From an uncultured bacterium (GTDB taxonomy: Bacteria > Armatimonadota > Hebobacteria > Hebobacterales > Hebobacteraceae): a stretch of 64,000 nucleotides of DNA. The DNA lies in NCBI GenBank assembly GCA_964385645.1, contig CAYLPT010000072.1, forward strand, positions 4,207 through 68,206. Direction: 5' to 3'. The notes under the pieces are model-generated. The model was not told the DNA's origin, ran no database searches, and saw only the letters and a program-made list of their open reading frames with translations. Position 1 is the first letter of the stretch, and every line of letters begins with the position of its first letter. Below are positions 8,628 to 15,844 of the stretch, piece by piece. The translations under genes were made by a program, and so were the position numbers.

Positions 8628-10181
8628 ATGGGCAGCCGCAGGGAGGCCAAGGGCATGGCGTTGAGGGCCACAATCTCGCGCCGGCTGGCCGGGGAGACGG
8701 GCGCCGTCCGCAAGGACCACGGCGGCCGGCTGCGCGTGTGCCTTGTCTACCCGAACACCTACCGGGTCGGCATGTCGAGCCTGGGCTTCCAGGCGGTCTA
8801 TCATCTGCTGAACACAGAGCGCGACGTCGTCTGCGAGCGGGCCTTCATCCCCGACCGGGAGGACCTGGAGGATCTCCACAGGACCGGGGAAGAGCTCGTC
8901 TCCTACGAGTCGCAGACGCCGCTGGGGCGCTTCGACGTGATCGCTTTCTCGGTCTCCTATGAGTTGGACTACGTGCATGTGGCGAGGGCGCTTCGCCTGG
9001 CGAAGGTGTCACCGCTGGCGGCCGACCGCGGCCGCGCCGAGCCGCTCGTGATCGCCGGGGGGGCCGCGGTCTCCATTAACCCGGAGCCGCTCGCCGACCT
9101 GGTCGACGCGGTGGTGCTCGGGGAGGCCGAGGAGGCCGTCGCCGAGGCGGTGAGCGCGGTCCTGCGCTCTGGCGGCGACCGCGCTGGGTCGCTGGACGCC
9201 CTTGCGTCGGTCGGCGGCGTGTATGTTCCCGAGCGGGCGGCGGCCCCGCCGAAGCCGCGGGCCGTGAGGCGCTACATCGAGGACCTCGACGCCTGGCCAA
9301 CCCACTCTCGCCTGCTCACGCGAGAGGCGGAGCTCGGCGACCTGTTCCTGGTCGAGGTGTCGCGGGGGTGCGCCCGGCGCTGTCGGTTCTGCGTCACCCC
9401 CGCCTGCTACTGGCCGCCGCGCTGGCGCTCGGCAGAGTCGGTGCTCGGGGCCGCGCGCGCCGGGCTGGAGCATCGCGACGCGATCGGCCTCGTGGGCGCC
9501 GCGGTGTCCGATCACCCGGAGGTGGACGACATCGCCCGGGGCGTGGTCGCCCTGGGCGCCCGGCTGTCGGTCTCGTCGCTGCGGGCGGACTCGGTGTCGG
9601 ATGTTCTGCTCGACGCTCTGGCGCGGGGTGGCGCGAGGGCCATCACCATCGCGCCGGAGGCGGGAACGGAGCGCCTGCGGCGGGCCATCGGCAAGCCCAT
9701 CCGCGACGAGGCCCTCGCCGATGTGCTCGCGCGGGCGGTGCGGGCCGGGCTGCGGGAGGCGAAGCTGTACTTCATGGTAGGGCTGCCAGGGGAGCAAGAG
9801 GAGGATGTGGAGGCGATTCCCGCGCTCGTCCGAAGGCTCGTGCGCGGGGCGGGCCTGCGCCGCGCCACGGTGGCCGCGGGGGCGTTCGTGCCAAAGCCGG
9901 AGACGCCGTTCGAGGGGGAGGCGATGCTGCCGGCGCGGGAGCTGTCTCGCCGGCTGCGGGCGGTGCGCGACGCGCTGCGGGCCGAGCCTCGCGTTCGTCT
10001 GGCCCTGGAGAGCGCCAACTGGTCGGTCATCGAGGGTGTGCTGAGCCGGGGCGATCGGCGGCTGGGGCGGGTGATCGTCCGCGCCGAGGAGCTGGGCGGC
10101 AACCTGGCGGGGTGGCGGGCGGCCCTGGCGGAGGCCGGGCTAGACCTGACCATGCTCATCGGCCCCCGACCCAAGGGCTGA
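8628..10181 (+). CDS. B12-binding-like domain radical SAM protein (TIGR03960-like, function unknown)
   Basis: N-terminus reads RVCLVYPNTYRVGMSSLGFQAVYHLLN, and the CX3CX2C motif appears as EVSRGCARRCRFCVTP. ATG at 8628 (alternative at 8655). The first 29 codons of the track ORF are probably not translated. Confidence 0.85.
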   Translation: MGSRREAKGMALRATISRRLAGETGAVRKDHGGRLRVCLVYPNTYRVGMSSLGFQAVYHLLNTERDVVCERAFIPDREDLEDLHRTGEELVSYESQTPLGRFDVIAFSVSYELDYVHVARALRLAKVSPLAADRGRAEPLVIAGGAAVSINPEPLADLVDAVVLGEAEEAVAEAVSAVLRSGGDRAGSLDALASVGGVYVPERAAAPPKPRAVRRYIEDLDAWPTHSRLLTREAELGDLFLVEVSRGCARRCRFCVTPACYWPPRWRSAESVLGAARAGLEHRDAIGLVGAAVSDHPEVDDIARGVVALGARLSVSSLRADSVSDVLLDALARGGARAITIAPEAGTERLRRAIGKPIRDEALADVLARAVRAGLREAKLYFMVGLPGEQEEDVEAIPALVRRLVRGAGLRRATVAAGAFVPKPETPFEGEAMLPARELSRRLRAVRDALRAEPRVRLALESANWSVIEGVLSRGDRRLGRVIVRAEELGGNLAGWRAALAEAGLDLTMLIGPRPKG

Positions 10182-10188
10182 GGGGGCC

Positions 10189-10812
10189 TCAGGCGCCCTG
10201 GTCGTCGGAGGGAAGGAAGGCGGCGGGCACCTCATAGCCGGCGTCGGCCAGGAGCGAGAGGAGCAGGCGGCGCTCCTGGGCGTGCTCGGCGTCGAGGAGG
10301 GGAGCGCACTGGACCGGGCTGCGTCGCTCCGCGGCGACCTCGGCCGCGAAGGCGAGGCAGGTGGCAAGGCCGCAGCGACGGCAGTTGGTGCGCGGCAGTA
10401 GCTTGTACACCGTCAGCGGGGTGAGCCGCTCGCGGCGCTCATAGGAGGGCTGGATCTCGCCGCGGCGGGCCCAGGTGTCGTTGATGAGCTCGACGAGCCA
10501 GTCGAGGACCGCGCGCGCGTCCTCGACATCATCCAGCCGGGCCCCCGTGATCAGCCGGTTGTGGAGGCAGATGATCCGCTGGTCCTTCGAGAAGGTCAGC
10601 GCCGGCAGCGCGTGGTTGTAGATCGCGCCAGGGAGGCAGGAGTTGAGGTAGGGGAGGACCGCAGCCATGTCGTCGGATGCCTCGGCGTGAAAACGGATCT
10701 TCGCGGGGTCCGCGAGACATGGGAGCACATGGCAGATCTCGATGGACTCAACCAGCACCTCGAGCACCTGCGGGCGGCCTCGCGAGCGAGCGGCTACCTT
10801 CTCGCTTGCCAT
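10189..10812 (-). CDS. Fe-S protein, paralog 1: unknown N-domain plus C-terminal CFeSP/AcsC-type [4Fe-4S] domain
   Basis: 207 aa from ATG 10810-12. C-terminus YKLLPRTNCRRCGLATCLAFAAEVAAERRSPVQCAPL gives CX2CX4CX16C, as in the N-terminal cluster domain of corrinoid Fe-S protein. Homologous over its full length to the 12407-12973 product. Confidence 0.75.
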   Translation of the reverse strand: MASEKVAARSRGRPQVLEVLVESIEICHVLPCLADPAKIRFHAEASDDMAAVLPYLNSCLPGAIYNHALPALTFSKDQRIICLHNRLITGARLDDVEDARAVLDWLVELINDTWARRGEIQPSYERRERLTPLTVYKLLPRTNCRRCGLATCLAFAAEVAAERRSPVQCAPLLDAEHAQERRLLLSLLADAGYEVPAAFLPSDDQGA

Positions 10813-11021
10813 GCGCGGTACCCGGCGTAGCAGAGCACACCGCCGAGCAAGACGACCTTGCCCGCGGTTGCCCCAGCGGGCTGGCCGTGCTGCGGGGAGC
10901 CGCACGCAGAGCAGGCCCAGGCGCTGGCGCCGGCGATGAGCAGCGGCAAGAGCAAGCCGGCGAGACTCTGAGCGGCGCGTTTCACATCTTCCCCCTTTCC
11001 AGTCTGGCAGAGGCCTTTCAT
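10794..11021 (-). CDS. small exported/membrane CxxC protein (63-75 aa), not listed as a separate ORF in the track
   Basis: C-terminal part of the spurious 315-aa track ORF. ATG at 11019-21 forms an ATGA overlap with the ccdA stop; an alternative GTG at 10985 has a GGGGGAAG SD. Sequence: (MKGLCQTGKGED)VKRAAQSLAGLLLPLLIAGASAWACSACGSPQHGQPAGATAGKVVLLGGVLCYAGYRAWQARR. That reads as signal-like helix, CSAC, then C-terminal TM. Confidence 0.5.
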   Translation of the reverse strand: MKGLCQTGKGEDVKRAAQSLAGLLLPLLIAGASAWACSACGSPQHGQPAGATAGKVVLLGGVLCYAGYRAWQARR

Positions 11022-11707
11022 GCCTCCCACACGAAGTAGACGCCGACCAGGACGAGGACGATGCCCGCGGCCCTCTCCATCCAGCGCGTCCATCGCTCCA
11101 TCGCAGGAAGCGCCTTGACCACACCCGTGAAGGTGCCGGCGGCGATGATGGGCGCCCCGCGGCCGAGGCCGTAGGCGAAGAGGAGCGTGGCCCCGTAGGC
11201 GACCTTCCCCTTCGCCATGACCAGGCCGAGAATGGCGACGAGCACGGGAGTCCCGCACTGAGATCCGGCAAGGCCCACGACGAGGCCGAGCAGAAGGGCG
11301 CCGATAAGGCCGGTGACCGCCACCCGCTTGGGCTTGAGCCGAGCCAGGAAGTCGAAGTTCAGCTGCAGCGCCCCGAGCAGATTCAGGCCGATGAGGAAGC
11401 AGGCCAGGGCGACGAACCAGTAGAGCAGCGTGCGCTCGGTGCCGAAGAGCCCCCCAACCAGCGCGGCGATGAGGCCAAGCAGCATGAACGTGATCGAGCT
11501 TCCCACGGTGAAGAAGGTTGACAGCCAGAAGCCCCTCTTCCTCGTCAAGTCCTGCTGGCCGCCGACGTAACCCATCACCACGGGGACCATGGAGAGGTTG
11601 CAGGGGCCGATGCTGGTGAGCACACCGCCGAGGAAGGCGAGCACATATGCGAGGGCCGAGAGATCGGCGACCATGCTCGGGATAGTCTGTGTAACGAGTC
11701 CGTTCAC
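11018..11707 (-). CDS. ccdA: cytochrome c biogenesis/thiol-disulfide transporter CcdA (DsbD family)
   Basis: 229 aa, 6 TM. LAFLGGVLTSIGPCNLSMVPVVMGYV and GLAGSQCGTPVLVAILG carry the two conserved Cys. GTG start in a GTGA overlap with the upstream thioredoxin gene. Confidence 0.9.
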   Translation of the reverse strand: MNGLVTQTIPSMVADLSALAYVLAFLGGVLTSIGPCNLSMVPVVMGYVGGQQDLTRKRGFWLSTFFTVGSSITFMLLGLIAALVGGLFGTERTLLYWFVALACFLIGLNLLGALQLNFDFLARLKPKRVAVTGLIGALLLGLVVGLAGSQCGTPVLVAILGLVMAKGKVAYGATLLFAYGLGRGAPIIAAGTFTGVVKALPAMERWTRWMERAAGIVLVLVGVYFVWEA

Positions 11708-12390
11708 TGCCCGGCCCCCGCGGCGGCAAGGCGACTGTCAATCTCCTCGCGGTCCATGAAGCCCATGTGGTAGTCCACTTGGCTGCCGGAGGCGTCGAAG
11801 AAGATCTGCGTCGGCATCACCCTGATGCCGTACTCGCGTCCCAGCTCGGGATACTTGTCCAGCTCGACGAAGAGGATGTTGGCACGGCCCCAGTAGTCCT
11901 GGGTGGCCTGCTTCAGGATCGGCTCCATCGCCTTGCATGGGCTGCAGGTTCCCATGCCGAAGTCGGCCATGGTGGGCAAGCCGTTCTTCAGGCACTCCTT
12001 CAGCTTCGACCCGGGCAGAGGCCCTTCGGGCTTGGGCCCCAGGGCCGGTCTCTGTTCCGCCGGCTGCTGCGTCGGAGGCTCCGGCCTTGGATTGCCGGGC
12101 GCCTTGACCTCGGCAGGTGGGCTGAGCTTGTGGGTCTGGGGCTGACTGCCCTCGGCTGACCTCGCCAGTGGGGAGGACACGGGCTTCTGTTCCGCTTGGG
12201 TGGGAGCGGGAGAGGCCTCCCTATCGGGCGCCTCGCCATCAACGGCTGGCGGGGCGGGCTCACCCTGGGCAGGTGACTGGGCCACCACCTCCAGCCCAAG
12301 CGGCTGTGGGGAGTGGCGAGCCTCTTTCGCGATGACGACTCCGACCACGACGAGGACCACGATAAGAACGAGCCACTTCGATCCCTTCAT
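11704..12390 (-). CDS. membrane-anchored thioredoxin-like protein with long Pro/Glu/Ala-rich linker
   Basis: 228 aa from ATG 12388-90 (AGGAGG SD). TM anchor MKGSKWLVLIVVLVVVGVVIA, then a ~115-aa low-complexity linker, then a Trx fold with active site TCSPCK. Confidence 0.85.
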   Translation of the reverse strand: MKGSKWLVLIVVLVVVGVVIAKEARHSPQPLGLEVVAQSPAQGEPAPPAVDGEAPDREASPAPTQAEQKPVSSPLARSAEGSQPQTHKLSPPAEVKAPGNPRPEPPTQQPAEQRPALGPKPEGPLPGSKLKECLKNGLPTMADFGMGTCSPCKAMEPILKQATQDYWGRANILFVELDKYPELGREYGIRVMPTQIFFDASGSQVDYHMGFMDREEIDSRLAAAGAGQ

Positions 12391-12406
12391 GACCTCCTCT
12401 GTCCTT

Positions 12407-12973
12407 TCACAGCCAATCTTCTGGGACCTCGTACCCGGCCGACGCAAGCAGGTCCGCGAGCCGGGCGCGGCGTTCCTCGTGCTCTGGCTCGAGCAGGGGC
12501 GCGCACTGCTCGATGCTCACCTCCTCCTCGGCCAGTTGGGCGGCGAAGGCGAGACACGTCGGCAGGCCGCACCTGCGGCAGTTCGTTCCGGGCAGAACCC
12601 GAAAGAGCTGGAGCGCCGTGAGGCTGGGGGCGCGTCGGTCGCTGGGGGTGATCTCGGCGCGGCGCTCCCAGGTGTCGTTGATGAGGTCCTTCACCCAGTC
12701 GAGCACTCGGCGGGCCTCGTCGGAGTCGGCCAGCTTGCTCACCGCCGCTTGGCGCGGGCGCAGGGTGATGACGTGTCCCTCGTGACGCAGCCGGAGAAAA
12801 GGAGCCTCAGGGTTGTACTGGCAGCCCTTCAGCCTGCCGTTCAGGTAGGGTAAGACCTCCCGGATGTCGTCGCGGAGCGCCGCCAGGCAGTTGGCGTACT
12901 CCGCCGACGGATTGCACTTCGGCGCAAAGAGCTGGAACTTGTACTCGGTGAGCAGCGCCACTGCCCCTGTCAT
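12407..12973 (-). CDS. Fe-S protein, paralog 2: unknown N-domain plus C-terminal CFeSP/AcsC-type [4Fe-4S] domain
   Basis: 188 aa. FRVLPGTNCRRCGLPTCLAFAAQLAEEEVSIEQCAPL gives the same CX2CX4CX16C. It shares VLPYLN...ARxVLDWxxxLINDTWxRR with paralog 1. ATGA overlap with the DGC gene. Confidence 0.75.
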   Translation of the reverse strand: MTGAVALLTEYKFQLFAPKCNPSAEYANCLAALRDDIREVLPYLNGRLKGCQYNPEAPFLRLRHEGHVITLRPRQAAVSKLADSDEARRVLDWVKDLINDTWERRAEITPSDRRAPSLTALQLFRVLPGTNCRRCGLPTCLAFAAQLAEEEVSIEQCAPLLEPEHEERRARLADLLASAGYEVPEDWL

Positions 12974-13377
12974 CTCCCGGCGGCCGCGGTTGACTCCACT
13001 CGCGTGTCGAGTTCCTGCTCAAGCTGGCGGCGGCACGCGTCCAGCTCCTCCGCGGTGTACCCTAGGTCGCCGGAGCGCTTTTCGACGCCGAGCTCCGACA
13101 CGATCACATGGATCTGGGGCTGAAGCTCGGCGTGCTCGAGGCTCTTGCGAGCGCAGGCGAGAGGACAGCCGTCCACGGCTACCAGCACCTTGGCCGCCCT
13201 CGCCGACTCGATCAGCCCCTTCACATGCCCACCGATGCCCGCGAGGCAGAAGAGCCTGCCGCGGCCCGCGTTGTGCAGCTCGACGGCGGCCCGGTCGGCG
13301 ATGCGGGCGCAGTTGGACCCGCCCGAGCACGGGAAGAACAGGACTTCGCTAGGTTCGCAGGCGCACTTCTCAGTCAC
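12970..13377 (-). CDS. DGC-domain (putative zinc-binding) protein
   Basis: 135 aa. FFPCSGGSNCARIADRAA...LFCLAGIGG...VLVAVDGCPLACARK matches the DGC-domain pattern (test against PF08859). Confidence 0.7.
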   Translation of the reverse strand: MTEKCACEPSEVLFFPCSGGSNCARIADRAAVELHNAGRGRLFCLAGIGGHVKGLIESARAAKVLVAVDGCPLACARKSLEHAELQPQIHVIVSELGVEKRSGDLGYTAEELDACRRQLEQELDTRVESTAAAGR

Positions 13378-13388
13378 CGCAGTCCTCC

Positions 13389-13625
13389 TCAGGCCGCCAG
13401 CCAGCCCTTGATCTCGTCCACGGTCGGGATGCGGCCGGCCACCTTGACCTCACCGTCAATGGCGAGGGCCGGCGTGAACATCACCCCGAACTTGGCGATG
13501 TCGGCCGGCTTCTCGACCTTCTCCAGCGTGATCTGCACGCCGGCCGCCTCGGCCGCCGCCTTCGCGTTCTCGGCCGTCTGCTGACACTTCGGGCAGCCGG
13601 TGCCCAGCACTTGCACCTTCTTCAT
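13389..13625 (-). CDS. small thioredoxin-fold protein (redox-active disulfide protein 2 type)
   Basis: 78 aa from ATG 13623-25 (AAGGAGTGAGGGAG SD). MKKVQVLGTGCPKCQQT...FGVMFTPALAIDGEV is the Thioredoxin_3-type pattern usually paired with COG0701 permeases. Confidence 0.85.
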   Translation of the reverse strand: MKKVQVLGTGCPKCQQTAENAKAAAEAAGVQITLEKVEKPADIAKFGVMFTPALAIDGEVKVAGRIPTVDEIKGWLAA

Positions 13626-13642
13626 CTCCCTCACTCCTTACC

Positions 13643-14824
13643 TTACGAGGCTATGGTTCCGTACAGCATCCCCGTCGCCGTGGCCAGCACGACGACGAGG
13701 GCAACGTAGACGAGGGTCTTGCGCAAACCCATGATACCCGCGATGACGAGCATGTTGGGCAGGCTCAGCGAGGGCCCCGCCAACAGCAGGGCGAGCGCCG
13801 GGCCCTTGCCCATGCCCGCGCCCAGCAGCCCCTGGAGGATCGGCACCTCGGTGAGCGTGGCGAAGTACATCAGCGCGCCGGACACGGACGCGAACAGATT
13901 CGCTCTCAAGGAATTGCCGCCCACCAGCCGCGCCACCCACTCCTCCGGGATGAGGGCCATGTGTCCGGGGCGGCCGAGGAGGAAGCCGGCGACGAGCACG
14001 CCGCCGAACAGCAGGGGCAGGATCTGCCACGCGAAGCCCCAGGTGGAGGAGGTCCACTCCTTCAGCTCAGAGCGACGGAACCAGCGCAGCAGCATGAGCG
14101 CGAGAATGACCAGCAGACCGAGCGTGATCCACCACTTCAGCCCGTAGATGGTCGCCCACAGGCTCGGGTTCGACGCGGGCTTGCCCCAGTTGGCGAACAC
14201 CAGGATGCCGACCATGACGGCGAAGTAGGCGGCGGTCTGCCCCAGAGACCGCTCGCCGGCCTCTGGGGATAGGTCGAAGCCGGCCGCCTCGGCGGCCTTG
14301 GCGCGCTCCTCGTGCAGGAAGAACAGGTGCATGCCGAGGCCGACAAGAAACGCGAAGAGGATGGCGCCCACGGCGCGCGCGAGGCCGAGCTCAAAGCCCA
14401 GCACCCGGGCGGTGAGGATGATGGCCAGGACGTTGATGGCAGGGCCGGAGTAGAGGAAAGCGGCGGCAGGCCCGATCCCCGCGCCGCGGGTGTAGATCCC
14501 CGCGAACAGCGGCAAAACGGTGCAGGAGCAGACCGCGAGGATCGTCCCTGACACCGAGGCCACCGAGTACGACAGGAGCTTGTTCGCCGTGGGACCGAAG
14601 TACCTCATCACGGAGGCCTTGCTGACGAACACCGCGATGGCGCCGGCTATGAAGAGGGCGGGCACGAGACAGAGCAGGACGTGCGCGCGGGCATACTCGT
14701 GGAGCATGGCGAAGGCCTCCACGAGCGCCGCCTGGACGCGGCCGCTGCCCACCGGCAGGAAGTAGGCGGCGAGGAACACGCCCAGGAGGATGAGGAACTG
14801 CCTCAGCCTCGTGCTCATCATCAC
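13643..14824 (-). CDS. ArsP-like permease (COG0701/DUF318 family)
   Basis: ~390 aa, ~10 TM. VSGTILAVCSCTVLPLFAG contains the vicinal-Cys CSC motif described for ArsP-type organoarsenical permeases. Start is GTG 14824 or ATG 14821/14818. Confidence 0.8.
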   Translation of the reverse strand: MMMSTRLRQFLILLGVFLAAYFLPVGSGRVQAALVEAFAMLHEYARAHVLLCLVPALFIAGAIAVFVSKASVMRYFGPTANKLLSYSVASVSGTILAVCSCTVLPLFAGIYTRGAGIGPAAAFLYSGPAINVLAIILTARVLGFELGLARAVGAILFAFLVGLGMHLFFLHEERAKAAEAAGFDLSPEAGERSLGQTAAYFAVMVGILVFANWGKPASNPSLWATIYGLKWWITLGLLVILALMLLRWFRRSELKEWTSSTWGFAWQILPLLFGGVLVAGFLLGRPGHMALIPEEWVARLVGGNSLRANLFASVSGALMYFATLTEVPILQGLLGAGMGKGPALALLLAGPSLSLPNMLVIAGIMGLRKTLVYVALVVVLATATGMLYGTIAS

Positions 14825-15162
14825 TAGCGCCCCAGCGCGACCGCAAGGTCCTCGATGTGCGCGAGCTGGTCGGCCAGGATCTCGCGCATGTGGTCAAGGA
14901 CGTGGTAGATGCGCTCGTCGCGGACTCGGTAGTAGATGATGTGCCCCTCGCGCCGGGTATCCACCAGCCCCGCCCGGCGAAGCGCGGCCAGCAGCTGCGA
15001 CATGTTGGACTCTGTCACCCCCGCCCGAGGAGCGAGCCGGCACACGCACTCCTCACCCTCGCGCAGGAGGTCGAGGACCTTCATCCTGGTGGGGTGGCCC
15101 AGGGCCTTGCACACGGAGGCGTGCAAGCGGTAGATCCGGTCATCAGCGAGTGGTTCGCGCAT
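14824..15162 (-). CDS. arsR: ArsR/SmtB family transcriptional regulator
   Basis: Winged-helix core HASVCKALGHPTRMKVLDLLREGEECVCRLAPRAGVTESNMSQLLAALRRAGLV. ATG at 15160-62; the track ORF begins at TTG 15171. Confidence 0.88.
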   Translation of the reverse strand: MREPLADDRIYRLHASVCKALGHPTRMKVLDLLREGEECVCRLAPRAGVTESNMSQLLAALRRAGLVDTRREGHIIYYRVRDERIYHVLDHMREILADQLAHIEDLAVALGR

Positions 15163-15178
15163 CGTCCCCAATCCTCAT

Positions 15179-15198
15179 ATCCGCTTATCCTTGCGGAT
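15179..15198. promoter_or_regulatory. candidate ArsR operator (ATCCGC-N8-GCGGAT)
   Basis: Perfect 6-bp inverted repeat with an 8-nt spacer, 17 nt upstream of the arsR ATG, in an unusually AT-richer stretch (tcatATCCGCttatccttGCGGATtata). Confidence 0.4.
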
Positions 15199-15302
15199 TA
15201 TACCGGAAACGGCGGCCTTGTCAACCCCCCTGGTGGTGCAACGTACAACGCGGCGCGGATGCCGGCCCGGGCCAGCCAGCCCCCCCTGGCCCTGGGCGCT
15301 CC

Positions 15303-15488
15303 CTACCGGTCGGGCATGGACGAGGGCCCCTCGAACACGGGTCGGCAGTGTCCCTTGATGTGCAGGTCAACCTTGGGCTTGACGACCCGCTTCAGGAATT
15401 CGAGCGCTCCCTTCTCGTCCCGGTCCATCAGGAGTTCCTCGAGCTGCATCTGGGCAGCGTCGTCGAGGGTGATGGTGATGTTCGGCAT
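15303..15488 (-). CDS. hypothetical 61-aa protein
   Basis: ATG with GAGGTGA SD, 24 nt after the upstream gene stop. Sequence: MPNITITLDDAAQMQLEELLMDRDEKGALEFLKRVVKPKVDLHIKGHCRPVFEGPSSMPDR. No family recognised. Confidence 0.5.
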   Translation of the reverse strand: MPNITITLDDAAQMQLEELLMDRDEKGALEFLKRVVKPKVDLHIKGHCRPVFEGPSSMPDR

Positions 15489-15512
15489 GGCATCACCTCT
15501 GCCGCGCGCCAG

Positions 15513-15842
15513 TCACTCGGTGCTCAAGGTCACACTCACGTCTCTTGGCAGCGCCACGCGCGCCGCTGCCTGGAGCGCCTTGAAGATGCCCACGGGCACC
15601 GCGCACGCGGCGCAGCAGCCCAGGAGTTTCCCCCGCGCGGTGGACAAGATAACGCCGTCTGAGCCCTTGGCGATCTCCTCGTAGGCGTCTATCTGCCGGC
15701 CGTTGAGAGCCTCCGCGAGAGCGCGGACCTTGTCGCAGTCGGTGTGGATGGTCAGGGTGACCATCTGCTCATCAGGCGAGTCGGCCTCAACGGCAGTCTG
15801 GAAGCCGCAGACGCCAGCGTGGACACGCGCGGTGCACTTCAC
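15513..15842 (-). CDS. hypothetical Cys-rich 109-aa protein
   Basis: GTG at 15840-42 with GGAGGGAG SD, 2 nt after the arsM stop. Six Cys, including VHAGVCGF and LLGCCAACAVP. The N-terminal 69 aa of the track ORF are antisense to arsM and are rejected. Confidence 0.6.
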   Translation of the reverse strand: MKCTARVHAGVCGFQTAVEADSPDEQMVTLTIHTDCDKVRALAEALNGRQIDAYEEIAKGSDGVILSTARGKLLGCCAACAVPVGIFKALQAAARVALPRDVSVTLSTE

Positions 15843-15844
15843 GG

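Noticed and set aside
8529-8978. N-terminal 150 codons of the 736-aa minus-strand ORF
   Set aside because: They are antisense to the radical SAM gene start. Membrane-protein character begins only after the GTG at 8528.
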